Shown here: piece after piece, positions 1 through 9,767 of the stretch
Layout of the letters: the number at the start of each line of letters is the position of its first letter
How positions within the stretch are numbered: the stretch's first letter is position 1
Assembly (NCBI GenBank): GCA_034722275.1
Contig: JAYENW010000001.1
Location: forward strand, 122,825 to 186,824
Direction: 5' to 3'
Length of the DNA: 64,000 nucleotides
DNA from: Chloroflexota bacterium
GTDB lineage: Bacteria > Chloroflexota > Dehalococcoidia > GIF9 > AB-539-J10
Notes under the pieces: generated by a model
Told to the model about the DNA's origin: nothing
What the model saw: the letters and a program-made list of their open reading frames with translations, nothing else
Database searches by the model: none
Translations under genes and position numbers: made by a program

Positions 1-661
1 CGGAAGGCTTTAAGGCAGATTTAATATCGGCTAGTTCTCTCATCATATCTTTATCAATATGCAGACGCCCTTGGGAATCGACAATTACCCAGGTTGCTGC
101 CAGTTCCTTTGCTTTGGCAACAGCATGAAGACAAATAGTTGTTGGCGTTACCGTGCCATCTTTATTTTGAGGCAAAGGCTCAGAATATACAGGTATATTT
201 TGTTGCTCAGCCAGCGCTCTCAGTTGTGCCACAGCAGCAGGCCGGCGAGTATCGGCAGCTACCAATAGTGGGCGCTGCCCTTTTTGTTTGAGACTGACAG
301 CCAGTTTTACCACTGTGGTAGTTTTGCCAGATCCCTGCAGTCCTACTACTAAAGCGATGAAAGGAGGATGATTAACTGAGACCAGGTCACTATGTTCCTT
401 GCCTAAGATGGCAGTTAATTCCTGATTAACAATTTTAATGACTTGCTGGGCTGGTGTCAGGCTGTGCAATACTCCAGTGGCAAGAGTACGTTCCTTTACC
501 TTGGCTAAGAACTCCTTGACTACCTTGAAATTGACATCTGCTTCCAGAAGTTCCAGCCGTACTTGGTGTAGAGCTTCATTAATATCTTCCTCGCCGAGCT
601 TACCTTTGCCACCAAGTTTATCGAGAACCTTGGTTAACCTTTGAGTTAAAACTTCTAGCAT
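1..661 (-). CDS. ffh: Signal recognition particle protein Ffh, N-terminal part (gene runs off the window start)
   Basis: Absent from the ORF track because it is truncated by the window edge. Reverse-strand translation from ATG (plus-strand cat 659-661) gives MLEVLTQRLTKVLDKLGGKGKLGEEDINEAL..., followed by the NG-domain P-loop PPFIALVVGLQGSGKTTTVVKLA (about 300-360). Confidence 0.85.
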   Translation of the reverse strand, partial: MLEVLTQRLTKVLDKLGGKGKLGEEDINEALHQVRLELLEADVNFKVVKEFLAKVKERTLATGVLHSLTPAQQVIKIVNQELTAILGKEHSDLVSVNHPPFIALVVGLQGSGKTTTVVKLAVSLKQKGQRPLLVAADTRRPAAVAQLRALAEQQNIPVYSEPLPQNKDGTVTPTTICLHAVAKAKELAATWVIVDSQGRLHIDKDMMRELADIKSALKPS

Positions 662-711
662 GACCACAGCATTTTATTCCTAGCTCAACTCGGTAGTCAA
701 TTTTCCTTGGC

Positions 712-1239
712 GTGTTTGCCATTGAAATTGATATGGGAATGGGATATTATGCGGGCTTAATGGAGCAGATTTGGGCACCCTGGCGCATAGAATACATTCG
801 CAGGACTAACAAAGAGGATGGCTGTATCTTATGCCAGAAATCTCAAGAAAATTGTGATGAAACAAATTTTATCCTCTATCGTGGTCGAGACAACTTCGTG
901 ATATTGAACGTTTATCCTTATAATCCAGGGCACCTGATGGTGGCCCCCTACCGACATACTGCGGATTTAGCGGGTTTGACTGAGACTGAGGTAAAGGAAC
1001 ACTTTGAGCTTATCAGGAAAAGCTTGAAAGTTATCCAAGAAGTGTTGAATCCAGCGGGATTTAATATTGGATTAAACTTGGGCAAAGCTGCTGGAGCTGG
1101 GATAGAAACGCATCTTCACACCCATATAGTACCGCGATGGGTAGGTGATACTAATTTTATGCCGGTGTTCTCTGAAGTTAGAGTTATATCAGAGGCTTTA
1201 TCCGATACCTATAAAAAGCTGAAGGCTAAGATCAATTAA
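712..1239 (+). CDS. HIT-family nucleotide hydrolase/transferase
   Basis: Histidine triad ETHLHTHIVPRW and the N-terminal WAPWRIEYI motif typical of this HIT subgroup. Position 712 is GTG; the true start may be the internal ATG at 760 (MEQIWAPWR). Confidence 0.8.
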   Translation: MFAIEIDMGMGYYAGLMEQIWAPWRIEYIRRTNKEDGCILCQKSQENCDETNFILYRGRDNFVILNVYPYNPGHLMVAPYRHTADLAGLTETEVKEHFELIRKSLKVIQEVLNPAGFNIGLNLGKAAGAGIETHLHTHIVPRWVGDTNFMPVFSEVRVISEALSDTYKKLKAKIN

Positions 1240-1243
1240 CTGG

Positions 1244-2059
1244 TTATTCTGCCTGAGGATAAGAGCCGAGTATCTTGAGAAAAGTGGCTTCTTTTTGCAA
1301 CTCACTGGTTGCTTGTTGACAGGCCTGCTCATTTATATGGGTCTCAAGGTCAACATAAAACATATATTCCCAGGGCTTACTTTTACTTGGTCTGGACTCC
1401 AATTTGGTTAAGTTTATGTTCTTGTTGGCAAAGATACCCAGGATGCGGTACAGTGCACCAGGGACATGCCTGGCAGCAAAAACGAGAGACGTTTTGTTTT
1501 TCCTGCCCTGCTTGGCCTTTTGTTTGGAAATGGCGAAAAACCTGGTGTAATTGTTGATGTTATTTTCAATTTTTGCTGCCAGGCTTTTCAAACCATAGAT
1601 TTCAGCAGCTCTGCTGCTAGCTACCGCAGCGCATTTTCTCAGGTGTTTCTCTTTTATCATTCTGGCACTGCCGGCGGTATCATGAGCAGGTACAACCTTG
1701 GCATTTAATGTGCTCAGGAATTCATCACACTGAGCTAGAGCTTGGGGATGGGAATAAATTGTTGTTATCTCAGCCAAATTTTCTCCAGGCAAGGCCATCA
1801 AGCAGTGGCTAATTCTGAGAATGACCTCAGCGTATATATTAAGGGGGTAAGCTAACAATAAATCATATGCTTCATTAATGCTGCCTGCTTGAGAGTTCTC
1901 TATGGGAATTACACCAAAGTCGATTTTACTCTCTGAGGCAGCTTGGAAAACATCCTTGAGGTGGGTACAGGGGAAAAAGGCAACGTCACATCCGAAGAGT
2001 TTTATAGTAGCATCTTCGCTGAAAGCACCTCTATCTCCCTGGAAAGCTACTTTAATCAT
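1244..2059 (-). CDS. pheA: Prephenate dehydratase
   Basis: IKVAFQGDRGAFSE N-terminus, NYTRFFAIS motif and ACT-domain LTKLESRPSK motif. Start moved to the internal ATG at 2059 (MIKVAFQG), which removes the overlap with trkH. Confidence 0.85.
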   Translation of the reverse strand: MIKVAFQGDRGAFSEDATIKLFGCDVAFFPCTHLKDVFQAASESKIDFGVIPIENSQAGSINEAYDLLLAYPLNIYAEVILRISHCLMALPGENLAEITTIYSHPQALAQCDEFLSTLNAKVVPAHDTAGSARMIKEKHLRKCAAVASSRAAEIYGLKSLAAKIENNINNYTRFFAISKQKAKQGRKNKTSLVFAARHVPGALYRILGIFANKNINLTKLESRPSKSKPWEYMFYVDLETHINEQACQQATSELQKEATFLKILGSYPQAE

Positions 2060-2103
2060 GAACACGTAGTATAACTTAATTGGCTCTGTTTTCCTACCAG
2101 AAG

Positions 2104-3525
2104 TCATCTTTGCCAGATGCGGGGCGAAAATATCATGAAAACCGTGAATAGCTCTAACCTGCCCAACCACATGCAGATAATTAAAATGCTTTTTGCCGAC
2201 CCGGGAAGCCAGGCATAATTCGAAGTAGGCCCTACTCCAGCCAAGCCAGGTCCCACATTTCCTAAAGTAGCAGCTACTGTGGAAAATGATGTTTCTAAAT
2301 CAAGCCCCAAAAAACCAAGTATTATGGAGGCTACAACTGCTACAAGGAGATAAAAGCAAAGAAAAGATATTATGCCGCGCATTACTTCCTCTGACAGAGG
2401 TTTCTGGTTATATTTCGCTTGAATTACAGCCTTGGGGGAGATTGCTTTTCTCATCATCACCTTGCTGTGTTTCAGCAAGGCTAAAGCCCGCACCACTTTT
2501 ATTCCTCCACCAGTTGAGCCACCACAGCCTCCGATGAACATCAAAGCTAGGAGTAACATTCTGGCGCCGGAGTGCCAAATGCTAAAATTACAAGTGGCAA
2601 AGCCCGTAGTGGTCATGATTGAAATCGCCTGAAAGAGGCTATCTCTATACGAGCCGAGCCCCTGAGAGAAAGTTAATAACACAGTGGCTGCCACTAAAAA
2701 AATTATGTAGAGCCTGAGTTCCTCATCTTTTAGTATCTTGAACCTTCCCTTTAAAACTTGATAATGAATTACAAAGTTTGTGCCTGCTAAGAGCATGAAG
2801 GCCATGATGATATACTCGGCTGAAGGATTGGCATAAGCTGCGATGCTTGCTGTAGTAGGAGTGAAGCCACCAGTGGGGATAGTGCAGAGAGAGATACAAA
2901 TTGAGTCGAAGAAAGGGAGCTTGGCCAGGAAATAAAGGAATATCGTTTCAATTCCGGTGAAAGCGATATAAATCACCCAAAGAAATCTCGCCGTTGCTCT
3001 AACTCTGGGGCGGAACTTTTCAGGTAGGGGTCCGGGGAACTCCCGTTCAAAAAGCTGAGAGCCTCCTACCCCTAATTTAGGCAAAATGGCGACAAATAGC
3101 GTGATCACTCCCATGCCACCCAGCCATTGAGTAAGACTACGCCACAAAAGTGCACTTTTTGGGAATTCCTCTATTCCCCCGAGGATAGTAGCTCCGGTAG
3201 TCGTAAAACCAGACATGGACTCAAAAAAAGCGTTGACAAAAGTGCATCCCAGAAATAAATAAGGGAGTGTACCTAGAAGCGCCACAAAAAGCCAGGTGAA
3301 AGACACTATGGTGAATCCATCGGCGCGCTCTATTTCTCTGGTAGTTTTGAAGGCGAATTGGAGAATCAACCCCATAGCTAAGGTAACTAGCAGTGAATAT
3401 AAGAAAATTTGCCAGTTCTCAGCATAATAAAAAGCCACGCCCAGGGGGATTAAATAAACTAAGGAGAAATATTTTAGAATGGAACCAACGATATGTAGGG
3501 TTAGCTTTACCCTTTGGTAAAACAT
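2104..3525 (-). CDS. trkH: Trk/Ktr-type potassium uptake membrane subunit
   Basis: A 473-aa polytopic membrane protein with repeated pore-loop-like motifs (SGFTTTGAT, TIPTGGFTP, MTTTGFAT, GGSTGGGIK). It overlaps and is co-oriented with trkA. Confidence 0.85.
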   Translation of the reverse strand: MFYQRVKLTLHIVGSILKYFSLVYLIPLGVAFYYAENWQIFLYSLLVTLAMGLILQFAFKTTREIERADGFTIVSFTWLFVALLGTLPYLFLGCTFVNAFFESMSGFTTTGATILGGIEEFPKSALLWRSLTQWLGGMGVITLFVAILPKLGVGGSQLFEREFPGPLPEKFRPRVRATARFLWVIYIAFTGIETIFLYFLAKLPFFDSICISLCTIPTGGFTPTTASIAAYANPSAEYIIMAFMLLAGTNFVIHYQVLKGRFKILKDEELRLYIIFLVAATVLLTFSQGLGSYRDSLFQAISIMTTTGFATCNFSIWHSGARMLLLALMFIGGCGGSTGGGIKVVRALALLKHSKVMMRKAISPKAVIQAKYNQKPLSEEVMRGIISFLCFYLLVAVVASIILGFLGLDLETSFSTVAATLGNVGPGLAGVGPTSNYAWLPGSAKSILIICMWLGRLELFTVFMIFSPRIWQR

Positions 3526-4166
3526 TTATTGATAAAATCGGCCCCTTTCTTAGCAGATTCCTCATTTATAATAAGAGTTAGCCGATCCTTGGATTCTATT
3601 GTGATATCCTCCTCCTCCACATATTTTCCTCTTCGCTTCAACCAGAAGATTTTGACACCTTTGGGAATTTCCATTTCAGTGATTTTCTTACCGATGCACT
3701 TCATGTTCTCTTCAATTTCTATTTCGAATAGTTCTGAATTGTCAATAGCTACAAAATCCTTAACGTACGGTTGCAAAATCGTATGGTAGATATGTTTTGC
3801 CACCACCATGTCTGGTTTGACTTGGACATCGATCCCAGCCTCTTTGAAGGCTTCTGCGTGCACTGTATCATTCAGTATGGAAATGACTTTCTTCGCCCCG
3901 ATTTCCTTACCTAGCATACATGCCATTAAATTATCCGAGTCATCATTGGTTAGAGCAATTAAAGCATTTGCACTCTTGACACCTGCCTCTTCCAAGACTG
4001 ATCTTTTGGTGATATCTCCTTCTATTACCATTACATCAGAGGATTCTGCCATCTCAGCGCATTTTTCTTTATCTGCGTCTATGACCACTACATCTTGTCC
4101 CTCTTTGTGAAGAACCTCAGCCAAGCTTGTCCCAATGCTGCTTAAGCCTGCTATTACAAAATACAT
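3507..4166 (-). CDS. trkA: Trk/Ktr potassium uptake NAD-binding (RCK) subunit
   Basis: N-terminal Rossmann strand MYFVIAGLSSIGTSLAEVL...VVVID followed by an RCK_C-like C-terminal half. Sits immediately upstream of trkH. Confidence 0.8.
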   Translation of the reverse strand: MYFVIAGLSSIGTSLAEVLHKEGQDVVVIDADKEKCAEMAESSDVMVIEGDITKRSVLEEAGVKSANALIALTNDDSDNLMACMLGKEIGAKKVISILNDTVHAEAFKEAGIDVQVKPDMVVAKHIYHTILQPYVKDFVAIDNSELFEIEIEENMKCIGKKITEMEIPKGVKIFWLKRRGKYVEEEDITIESKDRLTLIINEESAKKGADFINKCFTKG

Positions 4167-4233
4167 TTCCTTACACTCCCTAGGTATATATCTATCTCTT
4201 TTGTTTCGCTGAATATTTCAACAGACAGCGATT

Positions 4234-5019
4234 TTAGTTTGTCCCACAATTGTTGTCAACCCGTAACAGTTTTAATTTCTCCAGCCAAGCTGCTGATTTA
4301 ATTTCCCTTTGTAAAAGATATTTTAGATAACCTTGCAGTACCTGTTCTAACTCTGAAGATAACTCAGGCTTTAATTTAACCCTTCTTGCAGTGTTGTAAT
4401 CGCAACTTTCCCATAAACGAAGGGTCTTTAGAGCATCAACTGATAGCGGATGAGCTGTAGGTTCCGTTTGAGCACAGAGTGCACAGAGAATGCCACCCTG
4501 GCGGGGGCTAAAAGAATTGACTACTGGTCTCAGGAGTGAACTACAGCTAACACACTGCTTTAGTTGGGGGCGATAGCCCAAATAATCGAGAAGATGAAGT
4601 TCAAAGTAGCGTAAGGTAATTTCCTCACTGCCGTTCGCGTTTAACCTATGTAGCGTATCAAGCAATAGATTGAATAAAGAGCAACTGGCACTATTTTCCA
4701 TGGTGAAAAGATCAACAAGCTCCAGAGTATAAAGGCCGCAGGAGGTGCGCCATAAATTGCCTTTCAACTCCAAGAAACCATCCATCATCTGACTTTGAGT
4801 GACAATATCAAGGGTGCGACCTCTGGCTATCAGTAACAAACTGTGTGTCAGAGGCTCCACGTTGCCTCCCAATTTGCTTTTAGGGCGACAAGCTCCCTTG
4901 GCTATTGCCTTCAATTTGCCAAATTCAGGGGTATAAATAGTGAGGAGCTTGTCAAATTCTCCCAGCTTGGTTTGTTTGAGGATGATGGCCTGTGTTTGAT
5001 AATTTCGAGGGGTGCTCAT
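4234..5019 (-). CDS. recO: DNA repair protein RecO
   Basis: OB-fold N-terminus (QAIILKQTKLGEFDKLLTIYT) and Cys cluster CVSC...CALC. Length is 261 aa. Confidence 0.8.
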   Translation of the reverse strand: MSTPRNYQTQAIILKQTKLGEFDKLLTIYTPEFGKLKAIAKGACRPKSKLGGNVEPLTHSLLLIARGRTLDIVTQSQMMDGFLELKGNLWRTSCGLYTLELVDLFTMENSASCSLFNLLLDTLHRLNANGSEEITLRYFELHLLDYLGYRPQLKQCVSCSSLLRPVVNSFSPRQGGILCALCAQTEPTAHPLSVDALKTLRLWESCDYNTARRVKLKPELSSELEQVLQGYLKYLLQREIKSAAWLEKLKLLRVDNNCGTN

Positions 5020-5026
5020 CTATAAC

Positions 5027-5629
5027 TTATTCAAATTCTTGTCTGCCTTCAAGTGCCTGATTTAAGGTCATATCATCAGCGTATTCTAACTCGGCACCGA
5101 ATGGCAACCCTCGAGCCAAATGGGTAATACGAATGCCCAGTGGCGCGATAATATGCTGAAGATACAGGGCCGTGGTTTCGCCTTCTATATTGGGATTAGT
5201 AGCTATAATTACTTCCTTCACCGAGCCGCCTTGAAGGCGAGAGAGGAGCTCCTTTATCTTTAGCTCTTCAGCTGTTATTCCCTGTGCTGGGCTGATGGTT
5301 CCATGAAGCACATGGTAAAGGCCATTATATCGCCCTGTTCGCTCCAGGGGACTGATATCAGAGGGTTTCTCTACCACACAGATGATAGAATGGTCACGCT
5401 TTTCATCTTGACAAACAGGACAGGGATCACGATCAGTGATGTTAAAACAAATTGAACAGAGCATTATTTTTTCTTTTAAGTCCACAATGGCCTCAGCTAA
5501 AGCTCTGGCTTCTTCATCTGAGCTACGCAGCAAATGATAGGCTAACCTCTGAGCGCCTTTAGGGCCAATCCCGGGCAATTTACTGAATTCTTTAACTAAC
5601 CTAGCTACAGGCTCAGCAACAAATGACAT
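5027..5629 (-). CDS. recR: Recombination protein RecR
   Basis: HhH N-terminus LPGIGPKGAQRLAYHLL, zinc finger CSICFNITDRDPCPVC and Toprim segment VKEVIIATNPNIEGETTA. Confidence 0.93.
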   Translation of the reverse strand: MSFVAEPVARLVKEFSKLPGIGPKGAQRLAYHLLRSSDEEARALAEAIVDLKEKIMLCSICFNITDRDPCPVCQDEKRDHSIICVVEKPSDISPLERTGRYNGLYHVLHGTISPAQGITAEELKIKELLSRLQGGSVKEVIIATNPNIEGETTALYLQHIIAPLGIRITHLARGLPFGAELEYADDMTLNQALEGRQEFE

Positions 5630-5634
5630 CCCTT

Positions 5635-5940
5635 CTAAAATAACCCAGGCATATTGAGTCCGCCAGTCAGGCTGCTGAGGTGCTTGTTAGCCAGTTCCTG
5701 CGATTTGGCAACCGCTTCGTTAACGACAGTCATGACCAAATCCTGCAATAATTCTGCATCGCTGGCTTCAATCACCTCCGTGGATACTTCCACGGAACGA
5801 ACTTTTTGGTGTCCATCCATTACTATTTTCACCGCACCGCCTCCACTGGTAGCTTCCACAGTAAGCTTATCGAGTTCTTCTTGGGCCTTGATCAGCTTGG
5901 CTTGAAGTTGTTGTGCTTGACGCAAGATAGATTTATCCAT
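5635..5940 (-). CDS. ybaB: Nucleoid-associated protein YbaB/EbfC
   Basis: A 101-aa protein in the conserved dnaX-ybaB-recR order, with core EATSGGGAVKIVMDGHQKV. Confidence 0.85.
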   Translation of the reverse strand: MDKSILRQAQQLQAKLIKAQEELDKLTVEATSGGGAVKIVMDGHQKVRSVEVSTEVIEASDAELLQDLVMTVVNEAVAKSQELANKHLSSLTGGLNMPGLF

Positions 5941-5963
5941 CTCTCGTCCTTGTTTTGATAATA

Positions 5964-7547
5964 TTAGTCGGCAATTTTAGCTCCTATATCTATAGCAGCC
6001 TTTATCAATGGATTTTGTACCTTAGCCTGTGGTGAGGTTTTCTTTTTGTGCTCGATTAAAATACATTCTATCTTGTAGGGTTGGCCAAAAACTTCTTTGA
6101 GTTTCTTCTCTATCAGATGCCGGTATTTAGCATTTTCTATCTTTTCTTTATGGAAAGAGTAATAGAAACCCAATACTAATGTGCCATCCTTAAGCTCCAT
6201 GGGCTTACAGGCGCTGCGTAGAAAAGCATCCAAGCTGCCGCTGGAGCCCTCACCTCGCAAAGAGTGAACGAAATCTTTCCATCGACTGCACACATAATTA
6301 AAATCTGGGGAAGCTTTTGTTTGCTCTGGCACTTCTTGGTTTTGATTTTCGAGTTTGTCTATCACGGATGAAGATTTGGCTTCCTTGGAGGATTCGGGTG
6401 ACGCATGAGATGACTCAAAAACTTCTGCGGTCTCCACAGACTCAGCAGCAGTCACCTCTCCTGATTCAGTTGGAGAAGATAAAACACAATCTATCAGAGC
6501 TAACTCCAAAGGTAGGGAGGAGTAATTGTCAGTACGAAATTCCATATTGGAGAAGGTTCTGGTTATCCGGAGCAAATAATCCAATGTAACATTACTCACG
6601 AGCTTTCTCATTTCAGTTCCGTCTTCCTCGGTAATAGCTAGTGCTTCTTCACATCCTGATTTGGCTAGCAGTAATCCGCGCAAATATTCCACCAGTCCCA
6701 GATTGAATTGACGAAGATCGAGGCCATCATCATTTACAGTATTTATGATTTGCAAGCCAGCGGAAAGGTCTCGATTAACTACGTATTGTGCTAGTTGCTT
6801 GGCTCGCAAGTCACAACTACTTCCCAGCATGCTCTGAACTTGCTCGAAGACGATGTGGTTGCCATGGTAGGCTATTAGCTGTTGCAACATGTTTTCGGCA
6901 TCACGCAAGCTTCCAGTAGCGGCACGAGCAATAAGCTCTAAGGACCTGGCATCAACATCAACGCTCTCTTTCTGGCATATCAATTTCAATTTATCCGCTA
7001 TTGCTGTTTGGGACAAGCGGTGAAAATTGAAGCGCTGGCATCGGGATACTATGGTTGGTATTACTTTATGTACTTCAGTGGTAGCCAGGATGAAAATCAC
7101 GTGAGCAGGTGGCTCTTCAAGGGTCTTCAACAAGGCATTACAAGCTGCCTCCGTGAGCATATGCACTTCATCTATGATGTAGACTTTATATTTGGCAAGG
7201 CTGGGAGTGTATCCCACTTTCTCCCTGAGACTGCGGATTTCATCTATGCCCCGGTTGCTGGCAGCGTCTATCTCTATTACATCCAGAGACCTAGCTTCTG
7301 CGATAGAATGACACATGTTACAGGAATTACATGGCTCGCCATCTACCTGATTGAGACAGTTAACCGCTTTAGCTAAGATACGTGCTGTGCTGGTCTTACC
7401 GGTACCTCTTGGTCCACAGAAAAGATAGGCATGAGCGACCTTACCACTTGCTACGGCGTGGCGCAAGGTTTCCGTTACTGGTATTTGCCCCACTACTTCG
7501 GCCAGCGTCTGGGGCCGCCACTTACGATAAAAAACCTCAAAGCCCAT
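5964..7547 (-). CDS. dnaX: DNA polymerase III subunit gamma/tau
   Basis: FYRKWRPQTLAEVVGQ, Walker A GPRGTGKTSTARILAK, zinc module CNSCNMC, Walker B IIDEVHML and sensor SRCQRF. Confidence 0.93.
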   Translation of the reverse strand: MGFEVFYRKWRPQTLAEVVGQIPVTETLRHAVASGKVAHAYLFCGPRGTGKTSTARILAKAVNCLNQVDGEPCNSCNMCHSIAEARSLDVIEIDAASNRGIDEIRSLREKVGYTPSLAKYKVYIIDEVHMLTEAACNALLKTLEEPPAHVIFILATTEVHKVIPTIVSRCQRFNFHRLSQTAIADKLKLICQKESVDVDARSLELIARAATGSLRDAENMLQQLIAYHGNHIVFEQVQSMLGSSCDLRAKQLAQYVVNRDLSAGLQIINTVNDDGLDLRQFNLGLVEYLRGLLLAKSGCEEALAITEEDGTEMRKLVSNVTLDYLLRITRTFSNMEFRTDNYSSLPLELALIDCVLSSPTESGEVTAAESVETAEVFESSHASPESSKEAKSSSVIDKLENQNQEVPEQTKASPDFNYVCSRWKDFVHSLRGEGSSGSLDAFLRSACKPMELKDGTLVLGFYYSFHKEKIENAKYRHLIEKKLKEVFGQPYKIECILIEHKKKTSPQAKVQNPLIKAAIDIGAKIAD

Positions 7548-7601
7548 CCAAGCACTATTATACCCCTTGAGGCTGATTATCCCAAGGAGGTTTTGACAAA
7601 A

Positions 7602-8435
7602 TCAAGAATTGGCACGACTTTGTATAATAAATATTGTCTTATCATAACTCATTTCCATATCTGCGATAGCTTGCTTAAGAAGTGGTTTGAGTTCCTCTGG
7701 GGCTTTATCTAAAGCTGTTTGCAATTTATTTAAATTTCTGGTGCGCTCATTGTCTAGAATAGCCGCCAGTCCTTCTCCATTTCCTGCTTCATCAACTTCT
7801 CCACCTTGGGATATAAATGGAGCAGGTAGCGGGGTTGGAAGTATCTTTGGGCTTTTGGCTTCCCATGTCTTTTCCACTCCAAGAATTTTATCTAGCTGGT
7901 CTAAGTGGGCGCTAGCCTTCTCCGAGAGCAGAAAGGCTTCATCAGCTTCACCCCAACGAGCCACTTCGGCCATCTCTGCTGTCCTTCGTTGGGCGAATTG
8001 TATGTGAAGCTCCGCCTTATCCAGATCAGAAAAAGTTAGTGCCAAGTTCACCCGTTCTGCAGCTAGCTTCATGGGATAGAGGGGCTCATTGGGCAAAGCC
8101 TTCTGTGAGGCCGTGACTGCTCCCATGCTGGCAACAAAGATAATTAAGATGCTAGTCAGTGCCACTGCCCAGCGCCTACGCCAAATAGGGATTTTGGTTC
8201 GCCTTGGCTCAGATTTGGCGCTGACTGCTCTCTGAAGCTGAGAGCGAACTCTATCTTTAAACTCAACACCTGGTTGGATGGCAGATGATTTCTGAATCAA
8301 GGAGCAACTGAATTTAAGCAAGGGTTCTAGCTCGGTAGATTGTTCAGGATAATCCTGGAGACAATCCCCAATATTCTCGCCTCTGAATATGCGCTCCAAG
8401 CAGTTCTCTAGAACATCGGCGATCTTCTGTGTCAT
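7602..8435 (-). CDS. Putative membrane-anchored anti-sigma factor (DUF5667-like extracytoplasmic domain)
   Basis: Lies 3 nt downstream of an ECF sigma gene. Has a single TM (WAVALTSILIIFVASMGAVTA) followed by LYPMKLAAERVNLALT, typical of DUF5667 proteins. Confidence 0.6.
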   Translation of the reverse strand: MTQKIADVLENCLERIFRGENIGDCLQDYPEQSTELEPLLKFSCSLIQKSSAIQPGVEFKDRVRSQLQRAVSAKSEPRRTKIPIWRRRWAVALTSILIIFVASMGAVTASQKALPNEPLYPMKLAAERVNLALTFSDLDKAELHIQFAQRRTAEMAEVARWGEADEAFLLSEKASAHLDQLDKILGVEKTWEAKSPKILPTPLPAPFISQGGEVDEAGNGEGLAAILDNERTRNLNKLQTALDKAPEELKPLLKQAIADMEMSYDKTIFIIQSRANS

Positions 8436-8438
8436 TTT

Positions 8439-8978
8439 TTATTCAGCACCTACCATCATTTTCCTTAATGATACTATGGCATTATATTGCAAAGCCTTTA
8501 CCGTGCCTGGATTCTTTCCCAAAGCCTTAGCTGCCTCAGCTACTGAGAACCCAGCACCAAAACGTAGGGAAATCACGTCGCGCTGTGCTGGAGGAAGTTT
8601 CTTTATATTCTCGCTCAGTTCCTCAGCTTCAAACTGGTGTTGTACAATGGAGTCTGGGCCGGGCTCATCGTTGCGGCTTATGTTGTCATTCCACTCTACT
8701 TTTTCTATCTTATTCTCTCTCCTGAAGTAGTCAATCATTTGGTTATGGGCAATGCGAAATAACCACGAAGCAAAAGGCAAATTTCGCCATTTATAGCGGC
8801 CTATTGCCTCTAGAGCTTTCACAAAAACCTGCTGGGTTAGATCTTCAGCCTCATCTCGATTTCCCAGTCTGAGATAGACATAACGATAAATCTTACCGAA
8901 ATACTCCTCATAAAGCTGAGCAAAGGCTTCTCCATCCCCCTTTATCGCGCGAGTGATTACATCTTCTTCAATAGACAT
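8439..8978 (-). CDS. ECF-type RNA polymerase sigma-70 family factor
   Basis: Region 2 (IYRYVYLRLGNRDEAEDLTQQVFVKA ... WLFRIAHNQMIDYFR) and region 4 HTH (LPPAQRDVISLRFGAGFSVAEAAKALGKNPGTVKAL). Confidence 0.88.
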   Translation of the reverse strand: MSIEEDVITRAIKGDGEAFAQLYEEYFGKIYRYVYLRLGNRDEAEDLTQQVFVKALEAIGRYKWRNLPFASWLFRIAHNQMIDYFRRENKIEKVEWNDNISRNDEPGPDSIVQHQFEAEELSENIKKLPPAQRDVISLRFGAGFSVAEAAKALGKNPGTVKALQYNAIVSLRKMMVGAE

Positions 8979-9139
8979 CAGTAGACCTTAATTAAGTAAT
9001 GCCCTGGTGTCTATTATATAGAAAACGAAAGAAGAGAGAAAAGGTTTATGGTGGGCGTAAAAAAGCAGCATGCTGAATTTACATCGTATAAACCAGCGAT
9101 GCTAGAGAGCTAATGGGAGTTTGCTATTGACAATGGAGC

Positions 9140-9574
9140 CTAAGAAGTTTTGCTGACTTGCCTTTCAGCCCAATTACCTGCCCAGGGTACTTTCCACAGC
9201 TTGCCTGTTCCTGCCTGGATCATGAGGATAATCCACAAAACAAGGCCTAGAATCCCAATAATCCAGCTAAGAACCAAACCGATCACGGGGATCCAGCTCA
9301 AGACTAAGCTTGCCACGGTCAATACGCCAAAGGTCATAATGGATTGAAAGGCATGGAACTTAACAAACTTGCTCTTCTTCTCAATCACCAGAAAAACTAT
9401 TCCCGAAATCCAGCCAAGAACATAACATAAGAGGCCTGCCGTGTTGTTTGATAGTCCGGCGCTGGTTTCTGTTGAACCTCCGCTCGGCTGAGCCTGAGCA
9501 CCCAAGGCAGCACCGCATTTGGAGCAAAATTCGGCTCCCTCGGGGTTTTCCGCACCACATTTAGGACAAAACAT
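9140..9574 (-). CDS. Zinc-ribbon plus DUF4870-like membrane protein
   Basis: N-terminal CPKCGAENPEGAEFCSKCG zinc ribbon followed by three hydrophobic helices. Confidence 0.6.
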   Translation of the reverse strand: MFCPKCGAENPEGAEFCSKCGAALGAQAQPSGGSTETSAGLSNNTAGLLCYVLGWISGIVFLVIEKKSKFVKFHAFQSIMTFGVLTVASLVLSWIPVIGLVLSWIIGILGLVLWIILMIQAGTGKLWKVPWAGNWAERQVSKTS

Positions 9575-9767
9575 CTTTCACCTCCGCTTGTTATTTTAAC
9601 GTTTCTTGTAGAAGTATTCAGTATATCTTACACTTTGTCAATAACTATTAAGCTAAAAAAATATTTTTAACTGTCACATGGGTGTAGCTAAGAATCTCCA
9701 GGTTTCTCGTTCTTCCTTCACTCAGACTTTATCTTGAAATTGCAGGATGAATTATTAATTAACTTCG

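Noticed and set aside
6042-6048. A-rich slippery-looking site (CAC AAA AAG AAA on the coding strand) in dnaX, considered as a tau/gamma programmed frameshift site
   Set aside because: It lies about 25 codons from the C-terminus, so a shift would not generate a distinct gamma subunit. The in-frame heptamer is C AAA AAG rather than A AAA AAG. No downstream stem-loop was seen.
9082-9091. CATCGTATAA on the plus strand, identical to the -10 part of the ECF promoter-like motif
   Set aside because: The upstream 20 nt do not match the conserved GTGTGATACATT block. No plus-strand gene follows, because the next gene (9140-9574) is on the minus strand. A 10-mer match of this kind is expected by chance.
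8979-9139. 21-codon ORF (MVGVKKQHAEFTSYKPAMLES) and a TATAAT box in the gap upstream of the first ECF sigma gene
   Set aside because: The ORF has no convincing RBS and is too short to evaluate. The TATAAT has no matching -35 and is not ECF-like. I could not assign the sigma promoter from sequence alone.
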